Assembly: GCA_001643675.2 (NCBI GenBank)
Contig: LSRY02000048.1
Coordinates: forward strand, 434,001-498,000
DNA: 64,000 bases
DNA from: Monocercomonoides exilis PA203
Lineage: Eukaryota; Protista; Preaxostyla
Direction: 5' to 3'
The notes under the pieces were generated by a model that did not search any database, was not told the origin of the DNA, and was given only the letters and a program-made list of their open reading frames with translations. Below are positions 15,001 through 27,114 of this stretch, one piece after another; position 1 is the first letter of the stretch, and each line of letters begins with the position of its first letter. A program made the translations under genes and the position numbers.

Positions 15001-15822
15001 TGCTCTGTTAAGACAAGTCCATAATGATCAATGAGCGAGTGGAGTGAATTGCTTTTTTGTTCTCGTAGATCAGTCCCTTCTCCAATTCCTTTCTTTTCAA
15101 AAAATTCATCCTCATCATTCTCATTTGATTGGTTTATCACCCCATCGTACAACGGAAAATCTGTTTCCAAATTCTCGCTTAGAAGTGAGCATACAAAGTT
15201 TAATACATTTTCGTGAATTGACTTTTGAGCGGATGTTACGTTTGAAGATAGAATTGTTTCTGAAAAGCAAATAAGTTTAAATCAAAAAAAAGATCTATTC
15301 CAAACTGTATGTTCCTAGAAGGTAAGGTATTAATGCACGAAATACTATTGGTACAGAGAGCACAGGTGGAACACCAGAAATTTGCAATATAATCAATTTT
15401 AGGGTTGACAGAGCGTGGCCAACCAATGGAGCAATACACAAACAATTCGCTAAAATTTGATACAATTTTATTGCAGAATTAATGTATGCATAAAAAAATT
15501 TAAAGAATTACAAACTTATTGAATTTACCGTAAATTGAAGAAGTTCAGGTCGTTTTTTTAAATATTGTTGGGATATCAATCTAGAAGCAACGTTCAAACT
15601 ATCAATTGCTTCATTAAATGGTCCAACAGCTTGTTCACTCAACACTAAGTATTATGATTCAAAAAATGAAACCACATTATTCATTTCTAAAAAGTCAAAA
15701 AATAAACCTGACAAATTTTTCATTGCTTTCATCATTGTTTCCTGATTGTCTGTTTGCATGGGTAAATCTCTTTCTTGCGTCAAATCGATTGGTTCTGGAA
15801 ATGTACCGATATTTTGGCTCAT
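9087..15822 (-). CDS. NCAPD3: Condensin II complex subunit D3 (CAP-D3, HEAT/Cnd1 domain); exons 15822-15708, 15644-15516, 15449-15306, 15259-9087 (~2186 aa)
   Basis: Cnd1-type block RAQACLALGKMC...RNNAVIVVGQL...LMKEDIIRMRG...LADPSPTIREFA...KNPSL...FN. D3-type downstream motifs GPLNAERRYVVYASLLNQMSDKEKF and KKHIAQNVIPVL...DRTLAAEVKYEI. Three upstream exons join in frame through canonical introns. Confidence 0.88.
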
Positions 15823-16042
15823 AAACCTGAAACTCCTTTTTGAAAAATAAAAATCAAAATTTCAGATAATAATTATGGCAAAAAATAAATAAATCATGGA
15901 TAGATCATCATTTTAAATTAAATATTGTTATTCACTGTTATCAGGCGAGTGACAAGGCTCTATATAAATGTGATGCATTTATTATTTGAATTTAAATTTT
16001 ATATGAAAAAAACACTCAATAATATTTTTTATTTACAACCAG

Positions 16043-19000
16043 GAATGTTCTTGAGAAGACAAAGCTAACACCACTGGAAAAGGAAGAGTTAGAAGAACGG
16101 AAAAAGCAGTTAGAAGACGGATGGAATAATGACACTCATGTGGATCCTTTGCCAAAAATTGAATCGATTTTTTCACCAACTAAAGAAGAACTTATCAAAA
16201 AGAAAAAGAAAAAGAAAAAGAGCCTTTTAAAATATCCACTTGAAATACCAGAAGAATTCTCTCAAATTCGATCTCATAAAAGATCGCTACATGAAGGGAG
16301 TATTTCAGAAGAGCCATCTTATCAAGAAGGAATTGCATCAGAGAAGAAATATAAAGAAGGAAAAATAGGAAGGACGCCAAGAGTTCTTTCCTCGCGGAAA
16401 ACCGAAAAAGATGATGCTAAAACACATAAGATAGCAAGACATTCTCCCACTAGAGTTGAGCGTCAAGCTTGGGACGATGAACATTTTAAAAAGCCAATAT
16501 CCGATAGAAGCCAATTACGCGATGAGCATACATTGAAAAAGAAGAAGAAGAAGAAAGTTGTATCAAATACAACAGGAAGCAGTCAAACAGCACGCACAGC
16601 TTCAGGAAAAGCTGATTCCAAGAGGGATATTCATGTATCTCCTAGACCTTCTTCAGACCGAATCAGAATGCGACATTCACCTTCTCCTCGGAGAAATGAC
16701 GCTTTAAACGAAAAGAAAATGAAGAAAACCAAACAGATTCGAGTTTCGCCTGAAAAGAAAATGAAGGAAAGATCGCCAGAGCGAATCAACAGTTCAAGAG
16801 AAACTTCAATGAAAAAACCGAAAAGCAAGGTGAGTCCTGAAAAGAGGAAGAGAGCTAAATCACCTGAGGGCAAAGCAGAGAGAGAAACAGAAAGAAAAGA
16901 GCGATTGCAGCACAAACACAAAAGGAAGAGCGATTTGAGTGATTCAGAAAGCGATGGAGAAGAAAAGAAACAGAAGAAAGAGAAGAGAAAAAAGAAAGAA
17001 AAAAGCGAAAAAGAAAGTGAAATGCAAAATTCTGAGCAACCACACAAGAAATCGCAGAAAAAGCCGCCTGAAGAACCGCCTTCCATCGAGCAGCTTGTGA
17101 TCACTGTTGAAGATTCCATTCAGCTTTCGCCTGAATTCATCAAGCTTCTGATGTCACTGCATAAGTCAGGGCAGTTGAAATCACCTGTTCACATTGAGAA
17201 AGCAAACACTTTGCCAAAGCAAGATGCTAAGAAAGGAACGAAAGGAACACAAAAAGGAGATGATGGAATGCTTCACTCAGAGCAAAATCATAACAAAATA
17301 CTGCCTTCTTCATATTTATCTTCTTCTTCTTCTTCTTCTTCTTTCCCTTCATCATCATCATCTTCTTCTTCTTCTTCACATCAACCAGATTCCAAGCCAA
17401 CTCTTTCGCAGCCCAACAGCATCACCTCCCATTCAATCCCTCGTATCACACCACAAGAGCCTCTCACAACACTCACGCCAATCATCATACACAGTGGAAG
17501 CAGCAGAGGAAGAAGTGAAAGAAATGAGAGAGAAAGATTAGAAAACAAAGAAAGAGGAGAAAGAGGAGAAAGAAGAGAAAGAGAAAATGATAATGTTCAG
17601 CCCTGGTCTGCTTTGACACAGCGCTCAGCTGCTGTTGTTGGGAGCGATGATCGTTCGAATTCTTCTCGTTTTGCACCTTCTTCTTCTTCTTCTTCTACCT
17701 CTTCTTCTTATCCTTTTTCCTCTTATCCTTCATCTCTTTCTTCTCCTCTTTCTTCCCATCTTTCTTCATTGACATCTTCACACCAGCGCCTCACCACACC
17801 TGCTGCTCATCTTCCGCTGCAGTCTGCTCAACAAAGATTTCACCAAGACACATTTCAAGCACGTTCTCAGTTTACTTCTTCTTCTTCTTCTTTTCCTTCA
17901 TCATCATCTTCTTCCTCCTTTTTGCCATCATCATCATCTTCTTCTTCTTCTTCTACTGCTGCTGCTGCTTATGATCGGCAAATCGAACCTTCTTATCTTC
18001 CTTCTTCTCGTTCATCAGAGTTGCCAATTTCGTATCCTGCTTCATTGCCAGCTCAATCTTATTCAGAAGATGTTTCAATGGAGCAATTGAATAACAGGCA
18101 AAGATATGGTCATCATCAACAACAGCAAATGCAACAGCAAATGCAAAGAAGGCAGCCATCCCTTCAAAACTATTCGTATCCTGCTGATCCTTACACTTCA
18201 TCCTCTTCATCCTCCTCCTCCTCCTCTTCTTCTTCTTCTTCTTCTTCTTTTCCTTCTTCTTCCCTTTCAGACGGACCAAACTCATTTATCCAGCCAACTT
18301 ATGTTCCAATCAGCACATCACGCACAACTTCCACAGCTTTCCCTTCTTCTTCTTCCTCCTCCTCATCTTCTTCTTTTGCTCCTCAAACTCTTCACAACTA
18401 TTCTTCTGCTCCTTCTTCTTCTTTTCCCTCTTCTTCTTTTCCCTATTCTTCTTCTTCTTCTTCATCTTCATCTTCTTTTGCTCCTTCCTTTGCCGTCTTT
18501 CCAGCAGATCCGCCATTTGCCCCTGGAATCATCCCTCCTCCACAGCCAGTTGCTTTATATCCACCTCACAACACTTCATTCCATTCAAATGCTTCTTCTT
18601 CTTCTTCTTCTTCTAATTCTTCCTCTTCCTCTTCTTCCTCCTCTTCTCCTTCGAATTCTTCTTCTTCTTCTTCTTCATTTCCTCAAAGTTCTCATAATGT
18701 TTCACAACGTTCATTTCTTCCTCCTCCGCCTCCGCCTTTCACTTCGCCAAGCTTCAAATTCGCTCCTCCATTTCAATCTTATTTGCATTCGCCTTCTTCT
18801 TCTTCCTCTTCCTCTTCCTCTTCCTCCTCCTCCTCCTCTTCCCCTTCTTCTGTTCCATATCAACATCAACGTCCTTCAAACAACAATCAGAATCAACTGC
18901 ATAACAAACAATATACTTATCCTCTCCAATCTCCTTATTCATCATCATCATCATCTTCTTCTTCTCCTTCTTCTTCTTCTTCCTCTTCCTCTTCTTCCTC

Positions 19001-22000
19001 TTTTCCTTCTTCTTCTTCTTCTTCTTCTTCTTCTCCTTCCTCAAAACATTCCTCTTTCCTTGCTTCTCCACCAAATGCGTCTTCTTCTTTGCTTTTGTCT
19101 TCAAATCGTCTGAATTCAGATGGAGAACTTTCGTTTACTGCTGCATTGCCAAAGACAGAAGAAGAAGAAGAAGAAGAAGAAGGAGAAGGAGAAGGAGAAG
19201 GAGAAGGAGAATGGGAAGAAGAAGAAGAAGAAGAAGAAATGGAAGAGGAAGGAGAATGGGAAGAAGAGGAGGAGGAGGAGGAAAAAGAAGAGGAAAAAGA
19301 AGAGGAAAAAGAAGAGGAAATGGAAGAAGAAGAAGAAGAAAGAAATGGTTTGTGGACTCCAAAAGAAGGAAGTGAAGGAGAAGAGGAAGAAGAGGAAGAA
19401 GAAGAAGAAAAAGAAAAAGGGAAAAAGAAGGAAAAGAAGAAGAAAATGAAAAGAAACATTGAAGATTCAGGCAAAAAACAAAAAGAAAAGAAAAAGGAAG
19501 AGAAGAAAAAGGAAGAAGAGGAAGAGGAAGAAGAGGAAGAAAATGAAGATGAAGAAGAGTGGGAATGGGAAGAAGTTGAAGAGGAAGAAATCAAACAAGA
19601 AGAAGAGGAAGAAAGAGAAGGAGAAGAAGAATCTGAAGAATCTGAAGGAGGAGGAGGAGAAGAAGAAGTTGAGAGACACAAAAATATGATACCTCCTCCT
19701 CAGCACACAATGTCGCTACCAGCATTGATGCCATTCAGTGAAGCAGAGAAAATGAAGAAGAAGGAGAAGAAGGGGAAGAAGGGGAAGAAAGATGAATATA
19801 AAGATGGAAAAGAAGAAGAAGAAGAAGAAGAAGATGATGATGATGACAGAGGAGATGAAAAGAATGAAGATAAATCGAAAGAATCGAAGAAGAAGAAGAA
19901 GGAGAAATCAAAACAGAAAGAAACAGAAAAAAAGCCACAAAAATCGAAAAGTTCCAATGAAAAAGGAAAAATCAATAATTCTTCCTCTTCTTCTTCCTCC
20001 TCCTCTTCCTCTCCTTCTTCCTCACCTTCCTTCACATCATCTTCTCCTTCTTCACCTTCCTTTTCCTCTTCTTCTTCTTCTCTTTCCCCATTCAACCAAC
20101 AACGTCTGTCAAAAACTTACTCTGCTTCTTCTTCCTCTTCCTCTTCCTCTTCTTCCTCTTCTTCCTCTTTTTCTCCTCTTTTCAAAGATTCTCCACTTGA
20201 AACACCGCAATTTCATAACAAAAATACAAAAAATTTGAAGTTTGTTTCGAAAACGCAGCAACCAAAAAGGAGAGAAAGAGAAAAAGGAAAGGAAAAGGAA
20301 GAAAATGAGAAAAAGAAGGGGAATGAAAAAGAAGAAGAAGAAGAAGAAGATGATGATGATGATGATGATGAAAAAGAAGAAGAAAAATTTGTGGAAGAAG
20401 AGGAAGAAGAAGAAGATGATGATGATGAATTTTCTGTTGTTTTGTCAGAGAAGAAAAAAAAGATGCAAAAGGAAGCATTGAAAGAAGCAAAGAAAGTGGT
20501 GAAGGATGTGATTGATAAACAGAAAGGAGGAAAGGAAGGAAAAGAAGAGGAGGAGGAAGAAGAAGAGGAAGAGGAAGAAAAGGGAGAAGAAGGGGAAGAA
20601 GAAAAGGAAGGAAAGGAAGAAGAGGGAGAGAAAGAAGAAAAGGAAGAAGGAAATAGTTGGGAAACAGAGAATGAAGATGGAATGGAATATGAAGAAGAAG
20701 AGGAAGAGGAAGAAGAAGAGGAGGAAGAGAAATGCATTGATGAAGATGATGAAAACTTCGAAGAAAATAGAAAAGGAAAAGAAGAAGAAGAAGAAAGCAG
20801 TGTAAATGAATCGAGTAATACTCCAGTCAGTTTTTCATCATCATCATCATCATCAGCTGTTCCATCAGCAGAAAGAGGAAGTCGTTCAAATCGGTTCAAT
20901 AAAAGTGTTTTGGAAACACCTTCGCCAAAAATGGCAGAGGAAGAAAGGAAGAAAGAGAAGGAGAGGGAGAAGGAGAGAGAAAGAGAAAGAGAAAGAGAAA
21001 GAGAAAGAGAAAGAGAAAGAGAAAGAGAAAGAGAAAGAGAAAGAGAAAGAGAAAGAGAAAGGGAAAGAGAAAGGGAGAAAAAGAAAGAGGAGAAGGAGAA
21101 GGAGAGGGAGAAGGAGAAGGAGAAAAAGAGGAAAGAGAAGAAAAACAAAGGAAGAAAGTTTGAAGATATTTTGATAGATTTTCATGATGATGATGATGAT
21201 GATGACAATGAAAAAGATGATAAAAGTTTTGACACAAAAAAGAATGAAAAACGCAAACCAGAAAGAAGAAATAACAGAGAAAACGATCAAAACAATGAAA
21301 TTTCTTCATTTCCTCAAAATTTTAAAGAAGAAATGGAACAAAATGAAGAAAATTTGAATGAAAAGAAAGAGATATGTGAAGATTCAATGAAAATGGGTGA
21401 GAAAGAAGATGAAAGAAGACAGAGAAATAAAGAGAATGACGTGAAAAAGAAGGAATTTGGTGAAAATGAAAAAGAAGAGGAAGAAAGAGAAAGAGGAAGA
21501 GGAAGAGAAAGAGAAAGAGAAGAAGAAAAAGAGCAAAATGAAACAAAAATTGCAAAAGAATCATCGAATATTCAAACCTCTGCTCCTCTTTCTTCTTCTC
21601 CTTCCTCCTCTTCCCCTTCTTCCCCTTCCCCTTCTTCCCCTTCTTCTTTCCCCTCTTCTTCTTCTTCTTCTTCTAATTCCAGCCTCACTCCAGATCAATA
21701 CCACCAACTGTACAGCACCACCCTTCACCCAAATTCCTGGCTTGCTCAACAAACAAACATAGAGCAAAATTCATCTTCTTCTTTTCCTTCCTCTTCTTCT
21801 CCTCTTTCTTCTTCTTCTTCTTCCTCTTCTTCTTCTCCTTCTTCTCTTCTTCTTCATCCAGTCGAAGATTCTCTTCTTTCTCCTCACTCTGAACATCTTC
21901 CATTTCTCTTGTCTTCACATTCACCATCTGGATTGCCTTTGCCTTTGTTGTTTGCTTCTCCAACAACTTCTTCTTCTGCTCCTTCTTCTTCCTCTTCTTC

Positions 22001-25000
22001 TTCTTCCTCTTCTTCTTCTTCCTCCTCAGCTTCTTTTTCTTCTACTACTACTGAGAAGATAGATGCATCTGATGCAAGCAAAGATGATTTTATTTCATCA
22101 CCTTTGAGCCAAAAAACTGTAACTCCACGACAAAATAATGGAATGGCGGACAAATTAAACAAGTCAGAAGGGAAAGAAGAGAAAGAAGAGGAAGAAGAGG
22201 AAGAAGAGAAAGACAAAAAAAACGAATCATTTAGTGACTCAAACTCGTCATTCACTGAAACAGACGAAGAAACCAGCATTCTTTCTTTTTCTCCTCGTTC
22301 TGTGAAGAAAAAGCAGTGGAAGCAGTTCAATGTGTCTTTAACACCCACGCGCTTTTCGTTTCCTATCACTCCACTCTCAGTCAAAACTGGCTATGTTTCA
22401 AAGGATTTGCTGGCTACACCTCAGCATTCGTTTGCTAATGCTTTTTATTCTTCTGCTTCTTCTTCTCTTTCTCCCTTTTCGTTTTCTTCTTCTTCTCCTT
22501 CTCCTTCTTATTCATCATCATCATCTTCTTCTTCTTCTTCCACCTCTTCTCCATTTCCCTCTCTCCACCCATCACACAACATCTCCTTCCTTCCTGTCAC
22601 ACATTTTTCTCCTTCTTTTCTTCATTCAAAGACATCTAAGCTTCATTTCCCCTCTTCTTTGAACAGTTCTTCATTGATCAGCACTCCACTGACTGACAGA
22701 GCTATGCCTGTCAAGTACAATGTGACACCACAAGAGACTCCTGTGAAGAAAGGAGGAAGAGGAGAAGAAGGAGAAGGGAGGGAAGAAGAAGGAATGAAAG
22801 AAGGAGGAGGAAGAGAAAAAGGAAGAAGAAAAGAAGTGAATCAAAAAGGAAACAAACAGAATATTAAGCAGAGCATCAAGCAAAGCCAAGCAGAAACACA
22901 TGGCTTTTTAGAGGAGATGAGAAACAAAGAAAATGAAGCGAGGCAAAAGACCGTGTATGCGTTGTTCAAAGAATGGAAGAGGCAGCAAAAGAGAGCAGAG
23001 GAGAGAATAAAGGAATTGAAAGAGGAGCATCAGAAGGAATGGACGAGATGGGAAGAAAGAAAAGAGAAAAGAAAAGAGGAAAAGAGGAAAAACAATGAAA
23101 ATGGGGAGAATGTGGAGAATGAAGCGAATTCAGCGAGAAAAAGGAAGAAATCCGAAGAAAAAGAAGACAAATTGTTCAAAAATGAGGTTGTTCGGCGGTG
23201 CAGAAAGATCAAAAAAGAAGCAAAAGAGCTGAAATTTGCTCTGAAGCAGACGCAGAAGGTGTTGGAGGATGAGGTTAGGAAAGTGCATTCATTGTCACTG
23301 CAGCGAATAAAACTGATAAACGAGCAAGAAATGATGATGAGGCAGCTCAGCAGCATAAGAGCGACTGAAGCACGAAATGACGAGAAGGAGAAATTTGATG
23401 AGAACGAGAGGAGGAAGAGAGAGAGGGAAGATTATGTTTCATTCAGCAAAAAATTGGATGAAGCAGCAGAGGAAAAGAAAAAGAAAGGGAAAAAAGAGAA
23501 AAACACATTAACAGCCCAAACAACCACACAAACAACACCAATAAGATCAGCTTCTGTGTCAACTGCGACTTCTCCAGTGCAGAGGAATGCTGTTATTTCG
23601 ACTGCTACATCACCTCTTATTGCTCGCTCTTCTTCCTCTTCGCCTTCTTCGCCTTCTTCCTCTTCCTCTTCTCCTTCTTCATTCACTTCTTCTTCTTCAT
23701 TCTTCCCCTCTTCTCATTCTTCTCCCCCAGTCTCAATAGAAACCCAAACCTCTCCTTTCTTCCGATTCGATGATGTCACTCCCACACACACCCATTCAGC
23801 CACAAATTCTGGTTTTCCCGTTTCAAATCTGAAAATTTCTCCTCCTTCGCCTTCTTCTCTTCCGCTCACACCCACAAAGAGATCGAATATTTACGATTTT
23901 GCTGCTTCATTGGTTTCTCCTCTTTCTTCTGCTTCTTCTGCTTCTGCTTCTTCTGCTTCTTCTTCTTCTTCTGCTGCTGCTCTTTCTGTGCAACAGGCAG
24001 AGGTGTCGTGTGCAGTGAATGAAGGAGAAGCTGCTGATGAAGAAAGAATGGGAACAATGGAAAGAGAAAGAGTAAGAGAAAGTGAAAGAATAAATGAGAA
24101 GAAGCCATTTACTCAAATGTCTTCTTCTTCTTCTTCTTCTTCTTCTTCTTCTTCTTCTTCTTCTTCTTCTTCTTCTTCTTCTTCTTCTTCTTCTTCTTCT
24201 TCTTCTTCTTCTTCTTCTTCTTCTTCTTCTTCTTCTTCTTCTTCTTCTTCTTCTTCTTCTTCTTCTTCTTCTCCCAAATCACCATCTTCCCCACTCAACA
24301 CTTCAAATTCTTCAATCAATTCATTCGCTTCACCAACTTCGCAGGCTTCACCCACTTCATCTTCTCTTTCTCCTATTCATTCAAATTCACTGAAATCTCC
24401 TTCTTCTTCTTACTCTTCTCCTTCACATTCACTTTCTTCTTCTCCTTTATCAACAACATCATCATCAATATCATCATCATCTTCTTCTTCTTCTTCTTCC
24501 AAATCTCTTCGCCCTCTTGTTCCTCCTCTAACCATCACAGGCCTCTCTCACCACATCCCCCGTATTCCTGATCTTTCTGATGATTCTCCTCTTTCTCCTT
24601 CTCTTTCTCCTTCTTCTCCTCTTTCTTCTTCTCCTTCCTCACTTTCTCCACCTTCATATCGAAGACGTCGTGATGATATGGAGAAAATGGAATTTTCTGA
24701 AGAAAGGAAAGAAAGAGAACAAGAAAGAGAAGAGGAAACAGAAAAAGGCAAAGACAAAGCAGAAAAATCAGAAAAAGAAAAAGAAAAAGCAGAAAAAGCC
24801 GAAGATGAATCAGAAGAAAGTGTGAAGCTGCCATTAGCAGACACTCCATCTGATGTGGATCTTGTGGTGTTGAATGTGATTGATCAAGAAGCGCAGTCAA
24901 TGTTATCACCCAGAGTGTCTCTGTTTAAGCAGTGTGAAGCATATATCAAGGAAGTGGAGCAAGACAGAGAGAAAGGAGAAGAGGAGGAAGAGGAGGAAGA

Positions 25001-26873
25001 GGAAGAGGAGGAAGAAGAAGAAGGAAAAGAGGAAGGAAAAGGGGAAGAAAAAGAAGAAATGGAGGTTAAGACGGAAGAAGAAAAAGCTGAAAACAAAATT
25101 GTTTCAGAATATTTGAATGACAACAAAGAAAACAACATGATTGAAAAGAAAGCAAAGAAGAGCAAGAGAAGGTCTTTATCAGGTGCTGAATCAAACACAC
25201 TGGCAAAAGCAAAAGTTTTAAAGACAGTTCAAGAGCAACTGCCTGATTACACAAAAGTATTTGTGTCTTTTCTTCAGTCAGCGCAGTTCACATCGATGGT
25301 GATTGATGCGATTTGGATTGCACATTCGTTTGATGCGCTGCAGAATCCGGGTATTTTGGAGACGGATGAGACGGATGATGAAGAAGATGACTTCAATTAT
25401 AATAACGATAATAACTGTGATAATAAGAACAACAACAATAATAATAATAATGTTGACAATAATAATCGTTTTTCTGCTTTGAAAAGAGGAGAAAACACAC
25501 AGAGCAATGCAACATCTCCGTTTTATCTTCCTCTTCCGTTCCAGTTCCGCAATGAAATCCTTCCGCAGATGCATCTGATTGTGCGGGAGATGCTCTTTGA
25601 GATACTTGACGGGCAAAGCGCCATCGAAAACAGCACATTCTCTACAGACAATGGGCAGCAGTCATCAGAAGGAGGAGGAAGAGATGGAGAAGATGGAGGA
25701 GAAGGAGCAAACAATAGAAGCTCTGCGCCTTTCTCTGCGAAGACGCTGGAAGAACTGCGGAAGGATCTGTTTGCAACACCTGTGCTGCCCACACAGCCAC
25801 CCACATTCACACAGCTACTCAGCCAGCAGCAGATGCTCCTTGTCTTCCACAACTTGAATGAGCTGCTGACAACACGAAGAGCCGATGCACAAAAGGCGAG
25901 CAAAGTTGGTGAAGCACTTGCAGCAAACTCTTCCTCTCCACAACACAGAATAACACTCTCAACCGCACTGGCTTCGGAAGATGCGCTGGACTCGCTGAGG
26001 GATCTGGTGGAGCTGGATCCGACTTCTGAATGTCGTGTTCTGCCTCCGCAGCTGCGTGACTTCTTTGCGAAGGAGCTGGAGGCTTTGGCTCCGCTGCAGC
26101 ACTGTTTGCCAAGGAATTACTGCGAAGTGAAGAAGCTGATGGCGAATGTGCCGCAGCACAAGATGGAAATGGCAGAGTGGCTGTGTGTGGAGAAGAATCG
26201 GAGTGCTGTGAGTGGAGTGGAAACTCCCATGGAAGAAGAGCAGATCATGTCTTTGCTGCACATCAAGACCATTCCTCAATCGATTTTCTCTTTGAAACTG
26301 CCGGTTTTGAATGAGAACTGTGCTGAAGTGAGAAAGGAAGGATGTTTGGATTCTGAAAGAGCTGGTGAAGCAAATGTGGATATCAACAGCCAGCCTTCAT
26401 TTGCCTCTGCTTCAATGATGACTTATCCCATTTCTTCTGCTTCTGCTCGTTCTTCAACCCCTCTTTCTTCTCTTTCTTCTCCGCTTGCTGTGCTCTGCCA
26501 CTTCGAGACGACGTCAGCGGTGTCTGTGAAGCGGCATCTGGTTGCGCTTCTTGATGCGGAGATTGCAGAGCTGGACAGAGGAATGGAGGAAGCAATTCAG
26601 ATGCCTGAGGAGATCGATGAGTTTGTGGATGAGCTGTTTGTGGACGCATTTTCAGAGGTGCTGCATGTCGTGGGAAAGGAGAAAAATGAGGGCGAAGGCG
26701 ATGCAGTGATGGAAACGAATAAGAGAGGAGAAGAAGGGAGAGGAGAAGATGATAGAGAAGAAGATGATGATGAGACGGAGGATGAGGAAAATGAGAGAGA
26801 AGAGGAAGAAGAAGAGGAAGAGGAAGAAGAAGAGGAAGAAGACGAAAATGACGATGAACTTTCTTTGTATTGA
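16043..26873 (+). CDS. Giant low-complexity Ser/Glu/Lys-rich coiled-coil protein (~3600 aa); possibly CEP350-like; true start not resolved
   Basis: 10.8-kb uninterrupted frame, open upstream of the GTG at 16140 to a CAG acceptor ending at 16042. Coiled coil at ~22900-23500; higher-complexity helical C-terminus at ~25200-26680. Confidence 0.8.
20976..21061 (+). repeat. (AGAGAA)n coding microsatellite encoding Arg-Glu repeats
   Basis: Read directly, about 14 units. Confidence 0.9.
24120..24272 (+). repeat. Perfect (TCT)~51 coding microsatellite (poly-Ser)
   Basis: Read directly. Confidence 0.95.
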
Positions 26874-27114
26874 TCATGTTGTATTTTTAGTTGATTTCTT
26901 TCATATTTTATTTATTTATTTTTTTAATTTCACAAAATTCAAACAAAAAACAAAAAAAATATCTTTTAAAAGTAAAATGAAGCTTCATGAAATAATGAAA
27001 TGTGTTGTGATGTGAAATACAAATGGAACAGTTTGAATGAATGGCATCACGCAAATAACAAACTCTTTCGAAGATTGAAGAGAGAGAAAGAGAAAGAGAA
27101 AGAGAAAGAGACAT

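Noticed and set aside
9034-15274. Plus-strand ORFs antisense to CAP-D3, and likewise those antisense to the 52.5-62.3 kb gene
   Set aside because: No recognisable motifs; expected antisense shadows of GC-richer coding DNA.
15484-15528. Apparent non-canonical GT-AC intron in CAP-D3
   Set aside because: A canonical GTTTGT donor at 15515 with the AG at 15450 restores the frame.
16195-26877. Dozens of alternative-frame and antisense ORFs (poly-L, poly-K, poly-S/E) over the giant gene
   Set aside because: Shadows of stop-poor microsatellite-like coding sequence.
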